Positions 15,001 to 28,100 of a stretch of 64,000 nt of DNA are shown here, in pieces (the first letter of the stretch is position 1; the number at the start of each line of letters is the position of its first letter). Both the position numbers and the translations under genes were made by a program. The notes under the pieces were generated by a model, which was given only the letters and a program-made list of their open reading frames with translations, had not been told where the DNA came from and did not search any database. The DNA is from Paragordius varius (Eukaryota > Animalia > Nematomorpha), in assembly GCA_964247055.1 (NCBI GenBank), contig OZ176052.1, forward strand, positions 4,154,001 to 4,218,000, given 5' to 3'.

Positions 15001-17334
15001 ACACTCTATCTATCCTGATACTGTTTCGTGGTAGTTTCGGTGACGGATGGATGCAAAATAGAATAATGGGAAAATCTGATAAGACAGTTGCATCAATTTA
15101 ACCAAGTCTAACATTAAACCGTCCGGCAAAATCTGTTTTTAGTTCATACCCAAAACAACCTACATACACTCTATCTATCCTGATACTGTTTCGTGGTAGT
15201 TTCGGTGACGGATGGATGGAAAATAGAATAATGGGAAAATCTGATAAGACAGTTGCATCAATTTAACCAAGTCTAACATTAAACCGTCCGGCAAAATCTG
15301 TTTTTAGTTCATACCCAAAACAACCAACATACACTCTATCTATCCTGATACTGTTTCGTGGTAGTTTCGGTGACGGATGGATGGAAAATAGAATAATGGG
15401 AAAATCTAATAAGACAGTTGCATTAATTAAGCCAAGTCTAACATCAGCCCGTCCGGCAAAATCTGTTTTTAGTTCATACCCAAAACAACCAACATACACT
15501 CTATCTATCCTGATTCTGTTTCGTGGTAGTTTCGGTGACGGATGGATGGAAAATAGAATAATGGGAAAATCTGATAAGACAGTTGCATCAATTTACCCAA
15601 GTCTAACATTAAACCATCCGGCAAAATCTGTTTTTAGTTCATACCCAAAACAACCAACATACACTCTATCTATCCTGATACTGTTTTCTGGTAGTTTCGG
15701 TGACGGATGGATGGAAAATAGAATAAGTGGAAAATCTGATAAGACAGTTGCATCAATTTAACCAAGTCTAACATTCAACCGTCCGGCAAAATCTGTTTTT
15801 AGTTCACACCCAAAACAACCAACATACACTCTATCTATCCTGATACTGTTTCGTGGTAGTTTCGGTGACGGATGGATGGAAAATAGAATAATGGGAAAAT
15901 CTGATAAGACAGTTGCATCAATTTAACCAAGTCTAACATTAAACCGTCCGGCAAAATCTGTTTTTAGTTCATACCCAAAACAACCAACATACACTCTATC
16001 TATCCTGATACTGTTTCGTGGTAGTTTCGGTGACGGATGGATGGAAAATAGAATAATGGGAAAATCTGATAAGACAGTTGCATCAATTTAACCAAGTCTA
16101 ACATTAAACCGTCCGGCAAAATCTGTTTTTGGTTCATACCCAAAACAACCAACATACATTCTATCTATCCTGATACTGTTTCGTGGTAGTTTCGGTGACG
16201 GATGGATGGAAAATAAATAATGGGAAAATTTGATAAGACAGTTGCATCAATTTAACCAAGTCTAACATCAAACCGTCCGGCAAAATCTGTTTTTAGTTCA
16301 TACCCAAAACAACCAACATACACTCTATCTATCCTGATACTGTTTCGTGGTAGTTTCGGTGACGGATGGATGGAAAATAGTATAATGGGAAAATCTGATA
16401 AGACAGTTGCATCAATTTAACCTAGTCTAACATTAAACCGTCCGGCAAAATCTGTTTTTAATTCATACCCAAAACAACCAACAACACTCTATCTATCCTG
16501 ATACTGTTTCGTGGTAGTTTCGGTGACGGATGGATGGAAAATAGAATAATGGGAAAATTTGATAAGACAGTTGCATCAATTTAACCAAGTCTAACATTAA
16601 ACCGTCCGGCAAAATCTCTTTTTAGTTCACACCCAAAACAACCAACATACACTCTATCTATCCTGATACTGTTTCGTGGTAGTTTCGGTGACGGATGGAT
16701 GTAAAATAGAATAATGGGAAAATCTGATAAGACAGTTGCATCAATTTAACCAAGTCTAACATTAAACCGTCCGGCAAAATCTGTTTTTAGTTCATACCCA
16801 AAACAACCAACATACACTCTATCTATCCTGATACTGTTTCGTGGTAGTTTCGGTGACGGATGGATGGAAAATAGAATAATGGGAAAATCTGATAAGACAG
16901 TTGCATCAATTTAACCAAGTCTAACATTAAACCGTCCGGCAAAATCTGTTTTTAGTTCATACCCAAAACAACCAACATACACTCTATCTATCCTGATACT
17001 GTTTCGTGGTAGTTTCGGTGACGGATGGATGGAAAATAGAATATGGGAAAATCTGATAAGACAGTTGCATTGATTTAGCCAAGTCTAACATTAAACGGTC
17101 CAGCAAAATCTGTTTCGAATTAGTTTACATCCAAAACAATCGACATACACTCTATCTATCCTTATACTGTTTCGTGGTGGTTTCGGTGACGGATGGATGG
17201 AAAATAGAATAATGGGAAAATCTAATAAGACAGTTGCATTGATTAAGCCAAGTCTAACATTAAACCGTCCAGAATAATCTGTTTCGAATTGATTCACATC
17301 CAAAACAACCGATATTTTATACTCTACCTATCCT
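1..17334. repeat. Tandem satellite DNA array, about 105 monomers of 165/164 bp (169 bp at edges), with higher-order repeats
   Basis: Unit acccaaaacaaccaacatacactctatctatcctgatactgtttcgtggtagtttcggtgacggatggatggaaaatagaataatgggaaaatctgataagacagttgcatcaatttaaccaagtctaacattaaaccgtccggcaaaatctgtttttagttcat recurs head-to-tail (e.g. starts at 1814 and 1979). It decays into unique AT-rich DNA at about 17334. No unique spacers, so not CRISPR. Confidence 0.98.
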
Positions 17335-18648
17335 AATGCTCAAAAGTAGCAGTTTCGTCATTACATCAAAAACATCTAATGCTATAACGCATTTTGCTTA
17401 TACACCTATCTCAACTGATTTTAAAATTGTCATTATAGCAATATATTTATTTAATGTTTTCTTATCCATAGTTGGCCCCAAAATTAGGGTAACTATATCA
17501 TACAAAAATAATAAATTTTAATCATAATCATATATAATATTGAGATATGGTAATGTTATTTTGTACAATCTTATTTTCGTGTCCTGTTAAAAAACAATTA
17601 AAGAAAAGAGCGATTTCTTTAAACCAAATTAAAAGTTATTGGCAAGATAAATAAAACTTAAATCTTTTGTTTGTTGCCAACTCTAATTTCCAAAAATTAA
17701 AATTATACAGACAAAACGTATTTAATTAAAGCAAATATTTTTTATAAGATTAATCATATTTTCTTAAGGGGTGTCCAAATTTGTAAAATTATACTCCAAA
17801 AATAATATTGTTCACACAAATATTCTGAATAAGTCTATCCAATAGGCAACGAATATGAAGAAATAAAATAATTACACCCACTTATATATTTGAATGCAGC
17901 ACGCCGGTTTTTTCGAGTTAAAAATACGACCCACGAAAGCATTTGTGTTGGGCACCCCTGTTTTAAACCATATAACTCTGCGGGTGTTGCAGGAATATAA
18001 ATGCGTGTTAAAACTATCATATTATATATTTTAAATTAATATAGGCTACGCAGGCGTTATATATTAAGTGTTATAAAAGAATTATTAATTGTCTTTTTAA
18101 AAAATATTTGTCGTTTAATTTTTGTTTTATCCGTATACTGGTAATTTTGTTATAGAATTGAAATATAATGTCCACAAAATCGGGAGGAGGGGGGTGGGGT
18201 GGTAACAAAAAAAACAATGATTAATTATGTATATGGAAGAAAATGTATCAGAATTATTATGGTTAGCAAAATTAGCGCCTATTATATCAATAAATTTGGT
18301 AAAAATTAAATGGCTCTATCCAAAAATTATTATTTATTCTATCATAAATAATAATTAAGAAGCTAAACAATTTTCACAAATTTAATTTGAAATTTAGGTT
18401 CCGAAATCGACAATATTTTGTTTAAGCGTATTCCCTGTAGCTGGTGGTTTCGATTCTGGTATATCATGGTTTGTGATAGTTTTTGTAATAATATCATGTT
18501 CAGGAAAATTATTTTTGCCTAGAGATTTTTGGTAATTCACAATTATAGGGTGATGCTTAATTGAAATATATGCAAAAAATTATTTTAAATTATTCATAAC
18601 AATCCAAGAATATTCATAATTTTTTTATCCCACGTATGATTAATAAAA

Positions 18649-19212
18649 TTAACACTTGGATACAACGTATTCATTTTAATCCTTCGATTCAAATTGGGGT
18701 AGTTAAATACCCCAGGCCTGTATAAAATTTAATTGTTTAAAAAATATACGAAGGAATCGAAACCATGAAATTTGCACTTATATAACATTAATAAACTGAA
18801 ATATATAAAAAATTTTTTCAAAAATACTTGATATTACTTATTTTAAGCTAAAACCGAAAGGTAAAAATTTCGTCAACGTGACATGTGTGAAATGGTAAAT
18901 TTAAAAATAAATAAACCGCTCCTTCTATTTCTATCAATGTTAGATGTAATTTAAAAAAAAATTAGCTTTTATTTTACCATTGATTTTATATGAAGACGAT
19001 ATTTTGCAAAATAAAAATGGCATCGAAGTAGTTTGACATGGAACTTTTTTTTCAAAACAAAATTTTATTTATATATTTTGGCATATTATAATTTATATTA
19101 GGATAGGAGCATAAACTTAAATTGGGACCGTTTCCTTCCGTAGTTTTTCAAAAATTTTATCTTTAATTTTGTCTGGGTTATTCAGATATCCCAATTTAGA
19201 TCAAAGTGTTGA
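18649..19212 (+). mobile_element. piggyBac-type MITE, copy 1
   Basis: Starts TTAA-CACTTGGATAC and ends ...tcaaagtg-ttga (right TTAA degenerate). Colinear with the copies at 35082, 59256 and 62976. Confidence 0.75.
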
Positions 19213-19539
19213 AAGATTCATTTATTAATCGAAAATTAAAATAATCAAAATGCGACCAAAGAATATGGAGATTATTATAGGAACATTGCAAAAAATATAA
19301 TCAAGAATATATATTTTCTGATAAAAAATTTTATCAGTATTTTTACTAGCCTTATGAATCAGTAAGAATAATATTACGAAACTTTAGTGCCCATTGATCT
19401 ATATCAAGAAATTCGCGCATACCACCTAAAAAATATGTTGATGATATAACAAAGCCTATAATATGAAATATTAATTTGAGCAGTCTATGATTTTTTTAAT
19501 GATTTTTAAGTTATTCGTCATACAAAACATGATATATTA

Positions 19540-19700
19540 ATGAAATTTATTAAAAAAATTAAGCTGAAATGCGTACAAATAAAAATATATATTTTAATTT
19601 TCGACTTTTATAGTAAAACGTTGCTATAAAAGTCGAAAATTAAAATATATATTTTTTATATTTGTACGCATTTCAGCTTAATTTTTTTAATAAATTTCAT
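19540..19700. repeat. Near-perfect inverted repeat (hairpin): arms 74 and 77 bp, 10-nt loop
   Basis: 19540-19613 is the reverse complement of 19624-19700 apart from one 3-nt indel; loop taaaacgttg. Confidence 0.92.
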
Positions 19701-19942
19701 AAATACAATGCGTAATTCCCTCAACTTTAATGATATATTAATATATATACATTTATTCATCAATATATATATATAATCCATGACTCTTGATTGACTGATG
19801 ATTAATTTTTTGTTTTTGATGGTATAAAATCATTAAATCATTATTTGCTAGTACAATTAAAATGTCTACGTAATTTTGTTTGCATAAAAATATTTTTATA
19901 TCTGTCACAATCATGATTTTTTTGCGCCTTTTTTGACTGAAA

Positions 19943-22900
19943 TTAATGCGATGCTTTGTATACTTTCATGGCTTCATTGTATGCATCTTTGGCCCGTTGT
20001 GAAGCTTCTTCCCATTTCTTATAAAAAAATAAAAAAGTAAGTTTTTAAAATATGTGAAAAAATCAATAAGAACCGGTATCGTTTTTTTAAAACAAAAACG
20101 CTTTCGTAATTAGTGCTTTATTAAATATTTGTTAAAATTTTTGATGGAAGGAAAAATCATTCTTTATTTTTTCTAACTATATATATGAAATCATTCGATC
20201 TTGTCCTTAAAATTTGTTATGTTTTATCCGCAACGATCAATATTTAAAAAAATTAAAACGTTAAAATTTGACTGAAAAATAATGGAACTGGAAGCAAATT
20301 TATTTTGGCAAAAAGATTCTTTGAAAACAGAATCGTTTGAACAAAAAACCAATTTTTTACCAAAATAATTGGTTTTAAACCAGGACCTTGTTCTGATTCC
20401 TCAAAAATTATAACCAAAAAATTCGTATAAATACTGATTTATCTGTAATTTTTCTCCACTCCTCACCACCTAATTTGGTAATTTCCACAATGGATGCTTT
20501 AGGGTATTTTTGTTTAAGGGATTCTCTATTTTCTTGTAACCATAAAAAGTATGCCGTGAGTGGGCGTTTAGGCATATTGGGATCTCTATCTTTTTTATCC
20601 TTTTTATTCTAATATATATACACATTGTTAAAAAGCATAATTATAATTAATAAAATTATATTACAATAAAAATTGAAATTATACGGATACGTTAAATAAA
20701 GACAACTTTTTTTCAAAAGACAACCATACTTAATTAAACATTAATTTTTTCTATAAAAATTATATAATAACATTAAATACATATCTGATTGTGTTAATAT
20801 ACATTTCTATTACCTAGTTTGCAATTTCAAGCAATGAGTTTTTTAAAAAAATTAAAATTTAAAGAGTATGGTTATCTTTTAGCAAAAAATAGTTATTTTT
20901 AGGTATTGTCCCTATATCAATTTTTACTGTTTATATCGTATGATATTAAAATATTTTTGATAATAAAAAATTTTTTTATTCCAATTATGATATTAAAAAA
21001 ATATCGTAATCTTGGCAATCAATTATTAATAGTGTTATAGAAGAGTAATATATTAACTCATATCTCATACATAATTAACCATGAATTATTTCCAAAAATT
21101 ATAATTTTTACCGAATAAATACACATATGACAAAAACAATTTATACTTTATGTCCTGTGGTAATAATAGTTGCTAATTTCTTGTTTGGTGGAGGAGCTTT
21201 AACAGATTTTGATTCTTTATGATGATTATGATTATTAGGGTTTTTAGATTTTGTTGGCCCTTTAATATGGTCCTTTTCGCCCTGACTATCATCCTGAGTA
21301 TTTTCTCCAGATCCAGTTTGGTCCGAAGTTGATGAATGAGATCGTTTTTTAGCAGATGATTTTTTATTATCTTTCTGTTTTTTGGTTGCAACGCCATCTG
21401 AATCATCTCCGCTGTTATTACTGCTACTCTCAGCATTGCTATCGTACCTAAAATTTAAGTGGAAAAAAAATTCATTTCACATATGTAGTATAATAAAAAT
21501 TTGTGTTTTTTTTTTCGTGGTAAAAAAACTCCCGAATATATGTATTATATCATTAGTTATATGAGTAAAAAGTTTAAATTAAGATAATAAAACAAAAATG
21601 AAGGCTTGCCTTTAATCGACTATAACTGAAAAGTAGAGCCTTATTTCAAATACATAAAAATAATCAGGATGAGTACATAGCTTATAGAAACTGTTTAATT
21701 TAACAACCCATATAGATATGATAAAATTAATTTAGGTAATTTAATTCGATTACAAGATCAAAAGAACGCAATAGGCTCCATAAAAAGCTCTAAATTATTG
21801 TAAAAAAAGATACAGTCAGCTACGCTTTCTTTACTGCTCCTAAAAAAGGCATCCTTATTTAGCCTCCCACTTATAAAAGCAGGCCGTTTTAGTGAAAATA
21901 AAGCTTCTAACTTATAACCAAGAATCTACTTTTATCATACTTTTAATAACGCCAAAAAAGTTTAAACATTGTAAAGAAATACACTTCACGTACGCTCTCC
22001 TCACCACTCCCAGGCGTGGCAAATTTTTTAATTTAACTAAAGTTTAGAGTAACTTTTAACCAAGAATCTATATATTTTTAAAACTTCTAGTAATTCCCCC
22101 TGGACACCAAAATTTTCTAAAAAATTGTGACGAAAAATTAATCATCCACTACGCTCTCGTCACTGCCCCCACACGAAAAAAAAATCTTGGTTTTCCTAAT
22201 TAAAAGAGGATCTGTTGACACTCGCTTCATAATTAAAGTAACTGTCCACTATTATCGTGTCTTAAAAACAGAATCTTCCGATCATTTACGAAAAAAGGAA
22301 AATCATTTTTGATTACTCTAATACCACATGTTCCCTCACCATTTTCTTTTAGAGTGACAAATTTATCAATATTCCAGCATTCCCCCCTTTTTTTAATACG
22401 TTGTAATAAAGTAAAATGGTAACAAAAATTACTCTTTAGCTACGCTCTCGTCACTACCCCAAGACAAAAAAAATCTTGGATTTCCTAATTAAAAGAGGAT
22501 TGGTAAAAATTGCTTCATAGTTACAGTAACTGTCCACTATTACCGTGTCTTAAAAACAGAATCTCCCGATCATTAAACGAAAAAGGAAAAATAACCATAT
22601 TTGATTACTCTATTGCCACGTTTTCCCCATCACAACTTTTTTTTAAAGAGACAAATCCATCAAAATTATAGTACTACCCCCCCCCCCTTTTTAATACTTT
22701 GTAATACAATAAAATGGTGACAAAAATTACTCTTCAGCTACACTCTCGTCACTACCCCCAGATGAAAAAAATTCTTTGTTTTCCAATTAAAAAAGGCTTT
22801 GGTGACACTCTCTTCATAATTACAGTAACTGTCCACTATCAACGTGTCTTAAAACAGAATCTCCCCATCATTTTAAACGAAAAAGAAAAACCATATTTCA

Positions 22901-25085
22901 CTATTCTATTGCCATTTGTTCCTCACCACTTTCTCTGAGAGACACAAAGTCATTAATATTTCTCGAAAGATAAAAACCAGCCCCTTCCCGCTTTTTTAAT
23001 ACTTTGTAATAAAGGAAAATGGTCACAAAAATTACTCTTCAGCTACGCTCTCGTCACTACCCCCATTAAAAGAATGTTGACACTCGATTCATAATTACAC
23101 TAACTGTCCACTATTTTTTCCGCAAGATAAAAACAGAATCTCTCGATCATTTAACGAAAACCACACAACTCTATTGCCACGTTTTCCCCATTACCACTCA
23201 CTTTTAGAGCGACAAAGTCATTAATATTTCTCTTAAGATAAAAACCCTTTTTAATACTTTGTAACAAAAAATTACTCTTCAGCTACGCTCTCGTCACTAC
23301 CACCCCCAGGAGGGGCAAAGTCTTGGTCCTCCTCTTCACTATCCTCGTCTTCATAATCCATTGCTGAGGCGGCGGCATTCCCCGTCTTTGATGATTTGTG
23401 GCGTTTACGTTTTTCTCCTTCCTCTTCACTGAGTATTTCATCCTCATCAATGTCATCGTCAGCCATATCGTAATCGTTTGTGGTATCATTCGACTTGATT
23501 TTGTTTAATTATAATAATTATTGTAGAGAATAATTACAGCAGTAAAAATTAATACTATACAGACCATATACGTTAAAACGTAAAGACAAATATATGTTTC
23601 TAAAAGAGAACCATTTACTTTTTTTAACATTGATTTTTCCGATATAAACTATATAATCTATTGATTGTATTACCAATTAACATTTATATTCCTTAATATG
23701 CAAAAAAAGGTGAATATTTTTAAAAAACACTAGTTTAAAAAAGTACAGCGGTCTTTAGCAAATTATTTTTATTAATGTTTTTACTTTTTATCTGTATGAA
23801 TTTTAAATTTACTGTAAATTAATATATAATTAAAATATATTATTATTTAAAAAAATGCAGTAAATTAGTACCAATTTTCCACCAATATTTCGGACAACCA
23901 AATTCTTGGTCTTTATGAAATCAAAAAGGCTCGTATATTCTTCTCTATATATATTTAAATAAAAAAATATTCAGTAAGATAAAACTTTCTATCATGTTTA
24001 AATACAGAGAGATTCCTACAAATTTTCATCATTATTCGTTTAAAAACAAAATAGATTATATTTTGTATACAAGACCATATGCTTCATAATTACAAAACAA
24101 ATTGTTACAATTACTTATGGGAAGAGAAATAAAAAAATACAGATTAAAAATTTATTAATAATTAATTGTTTAAATATTGCAACTACACATCCTTAAAAAT
24201 GCCATCTATTTAAAATAGAGTATCAAATATAAAATTTAGGTAATATAGAGATATTTAAAGACAAACATACTGAAACAAATATAGTTAGTAAAATTGTCAG
24301 CATGATTCGTGAAAAAACCATGCGTTAACAATAATTATATTATTAGCAAACAAAGTCCTATTGCCAACTTTCCGCGTGGTTTGCTGGGGCATGAAAATGC
24401 GCTAATCATTAGTTGTACACAAGAATATGTGTTACGTAAAAATATCGCCTCAGATTACCAGGAGATATAAATATCATGAATATAAATTACTTCGTGAACC
24501 GAAAACTCGAATTTGGAGTCCCCCTTTATAATGATGATGATAATTAGTAAAAAAATTTAATTTCAAAAACAAGCTAAATTTATTACAAAAAAATCATGAA
24601 AATAATTTTTGTATACAGATCCACTAAAATGACCCCCTTCCCATAATGAACTTTCAAAATAGACAGGGTTTATAAAGAAATTAACTCATGCTGACAATGC
24701 CTTTTTCCGGTTTTAAAATAAGATTCCATTTTGTATCTTTCATAATGAACCAAAAACATAATATAAAAATCGAATTATTTTTAATATCCAGGCGAACTTA
24801 TTATTAAGGAACTGAGAAGATAAAATTTAATTTTGTAAATTATTTAAAAGGGTCATGATGTGGATAATAACCCATGTATTTTTACCACAATCGTAGTCAA
24901 TATGAAAGGAAGGGGTTAACTGTACCCAATTCGCATACAATACATATCCCTTATAAATGATTTAAAACACAGTTTTAGGTTCAAAATTAAAATGTTTCAT
25001 GGTTTACATAGATCATATAATAATTGAATTCCATATAAACTTTGCAACGTTAAAAGCGTTCAAGTCCAACGTTTTATAAAACAAT

Positions 25086-25130
<45 letters not shown>

Positions 25131-28100
25131 TATTAAATTTTTGTGACAAATCAAAAAAAACTTTGCAATGTTGGAAAAAGTGTGTTCGGTCCCAGCCTTA
25201 GTAGCCACTTCAAAATCAAACGTCTTAGTAGCCGGTCCAGATGAGCGGGCAAAATTAACCGAGGCCACTTCATCAAAGCGGATAGAGAGGGGCGGTTTAT
25301 GCACAAACACAAAACATCGCTCAAGCGGATATAGGTATCCGGCTCCAGCCTTATACGAACATGAGATGCAAGACGAAGCACCGTTATGACTATGTATTAA
25401 GTATGTACAATAAAAAAAGATTGAATTTTATGTTAATTAGCATAAAAATAGTTTTATTTAATGTATATGTAGGGTGTAAACTAAAATTAATTAACATAAT
25501 TAATCAATGTAGTATAGAATGGCATTTTTGAGCAAAAAGATAGTTAAAAACTTAAGTTAAATTATTAAAGTTTAGGATATTTTATTTTATAAAAACCTAT
25601 ATAAATAAACTGGCATTATTCCCATTATAAAAATTGATTTTTTTATATTACAAAGCCACCTTAACTAATTAGCTTCGGTAAATACAGTATTTATTGCCAA
25701 TATTTACCTTTTAAAACTTCCAGGTACTGTGATTTTATTACCAGATAGCGCTTTAATTAGGCGACTGAATACTTCAAATGATTTGCCAGTCATTACATCA
25801 GTCAATTTACCGTCATATTTTTCCTTAATTTCTTCCCTAAAATTAAAAAATAGCTAATTCAAATAAAATTTATCGAAAAATTCAAATTTATAAATTAAAA
25901 CATAAAAAGTAAAACACTTTATTATTTTTTTAAAAACCATATTTTTATAACTTAATTATCAAAATCTATTTAGAATTAATAAACTCTAAATTGAATGTGT
26001 TACAAAACTTCTCAAACCTTATTTCATATCACAAATTAATGAGTTATATTCAATAAATTTTGCATTAAAAAATTTTATTTTTATCTTTTTTATGTTAAAT
26101 CTTTTAAATTTAATTTTTATTACAAAAATTTATCTTATAGTTCAAAAAACATACTCAGTAAGTGATAACTTCATTGTGATTTCTTCGTCTTTTTCGAACA
26201 ATAAAATAAGGAAAGGGTAACGAGTTTGTCCTTGTTTAATTGGTGGATCAAGACTTATCTTTTTGCAGTTTTAAAAAATACTTAAAACATTTTAAAGGAA
26301 AATAATCATAAAAATGAATGTAATATATGATGCAATTTTTGATAAAAATTGATCTAACTATATAATTTTTATTAAATAATGATTTTGTAAACACATATTT
26401 AACTATAACCATAATAAAAATGGCCGAATTTACGGTAGATGTAATTATTAATTTTTATAACAATGTAATTTTGCAAAATTCAAATACAATTCCATAAATA
26501 ATAAATTTAAATCAATTTTTGCAACACCATATCAAAAACAATCATATGAAAATCTAACATAATATCACAATTACTTACGACAAAAAATATTTGTCTGTGA
26601 TCTTTATGGGGTAAAACAAACAATCGAAGTATGGTAGTATAGGCAATTTTATAATCAAAAGTTTTCCCATGAAGTTGAGCAAATGTTGGATACAATTTGA
26701 TATCGTATCTCCCACTAAAATATCACAAAAAATTTAAAATATCCATTTTTCGCAAACAAAAACCAAGCATAATTTTTTTATATAAACATTAAACTATAAT
26801 TTCGAAACATATCGATTAAGTGTGTTATGATTTTTTTCGTTATTTGGAAACGAACGAAATGTTCGAGTTAAATATATTAAAGTTTAACCTTTCTTTATCA
26901 ATGATTGTGTTTTTTTACGTTATGTCTTTATATTATCATTTACATAACAAAACGATAATATACCAAAATATGCAATAATTTACATTAATTTAAAATATGC
27001 AAACCAAATAATAAATAATTAGTCAAATTTACAAATTATCAGAGAAAACATAAATTAAATTTTTTTAAATAAAAAAATATTTATATACCGAGGTGTAAGG
27101 CATTGCGCTTCCGAAAACGTGGCAATAGCATCACCAGTAGCCTGAATTACATTGGCTTTTTCCATCACTTTTTTGTGGAGAGTCTATAAATATGACAGGA
27201 ACATAATGGCATTTAACTATTTTTGATTAAAAAATCATATTAAACAACATGTTTTAGGCAAAACATTAAGAAAAACTAGAAGACACACACAATTTTGTTT
27301 TAAATTATGAAAATTATTTAATAAAACCACCTGCCTAATTCAGTAAACCCTATTTACAAAAGTTCTCAATCGGTTAAATTAATTATAGATAAAGACAAAT
27401 TTAAAAATGATTAAAAATGCTTTATAGGATGTACCGCCATTTTAGTGAATCCCCTTACAAATGATTTTGATTATATGTTTCAAAGATATATTTTGATTAT
27501 CCTCTAAAGATAAGATTAAAATGCGCTTTAGGAGTTTGTTTGTTTGGACATAAAATATTGATTTTAACAATAAATTGCATGGATTAACAATAATTTGATA
27601 TTTTAATTTTCATCATTTGTTTGCCAAAACAGGGTTTGATTTAGACTATCATAAAATAATGAAATCTCACAAAATAGATATTAGATTATATTTATTTGGA
27701 TTCTGTCGCTTATACTCAGGATCATAAGTGCCTTCATCAATATATTAACAATAAGTGTTAGATTTATGACCAATCAATAAGAATATATATATATATATAT
27801 ATTTATCAATGCCATTTACGGTTATATTAATCATTATTACTAAATGTAAAAAGTTAACCCATTTTTTAATAAAAATAATATAATCCAAGTTTTATACCAT
27901 TGTTTTTTTTATTACCTAATAACCTATGTAGCGGGTAATTTAAATTACCGGTAACATCCAATCTATTCCATTTAAATAGGTATCAGAGCTTAAAATTAAG
28001 ACGAATTATAAGACCAATAAACTTATAACAAACCCTTCAAATAAAGCTTTTACACCTCATTACTAAAAAACGTGAGAAAAATCAAAATGTATGTACATAC

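Noticed and set aside
1-17334. CRISPR array or protein-coding repeat (71/78/126-aa ORFs; the monomer is 55 codons with one stop in two frames)
   Set aside because: There are no unique spacers or cas genes, and the context is eukaryotic. The ORFs arise only where variant monomers remove a stop; 164-bp and 169-bp monomers break the frame, and the peptides resemble nothing I recognise.
17336-18020. ORFs 17336-17521 and 17835-18020
   Set aside because: Short and low-complexity, with no recognisable motifs or exon partners; expected by chance in AT-rich DNA.
18182-18202. G-quadruplex in gggaggaggggggtggggtgg
   Set aside because: Only three separable runs of at least 3 G, so at best a weak two-tier structure; no supporting context.
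21173-25389. Alternative-frame and antisense ORFs over SSRP1 exons (21173, 21382, 22714, 23283, 25151, 25168)
   Set aside because: Shadows of real exons or of the intronic repeat.
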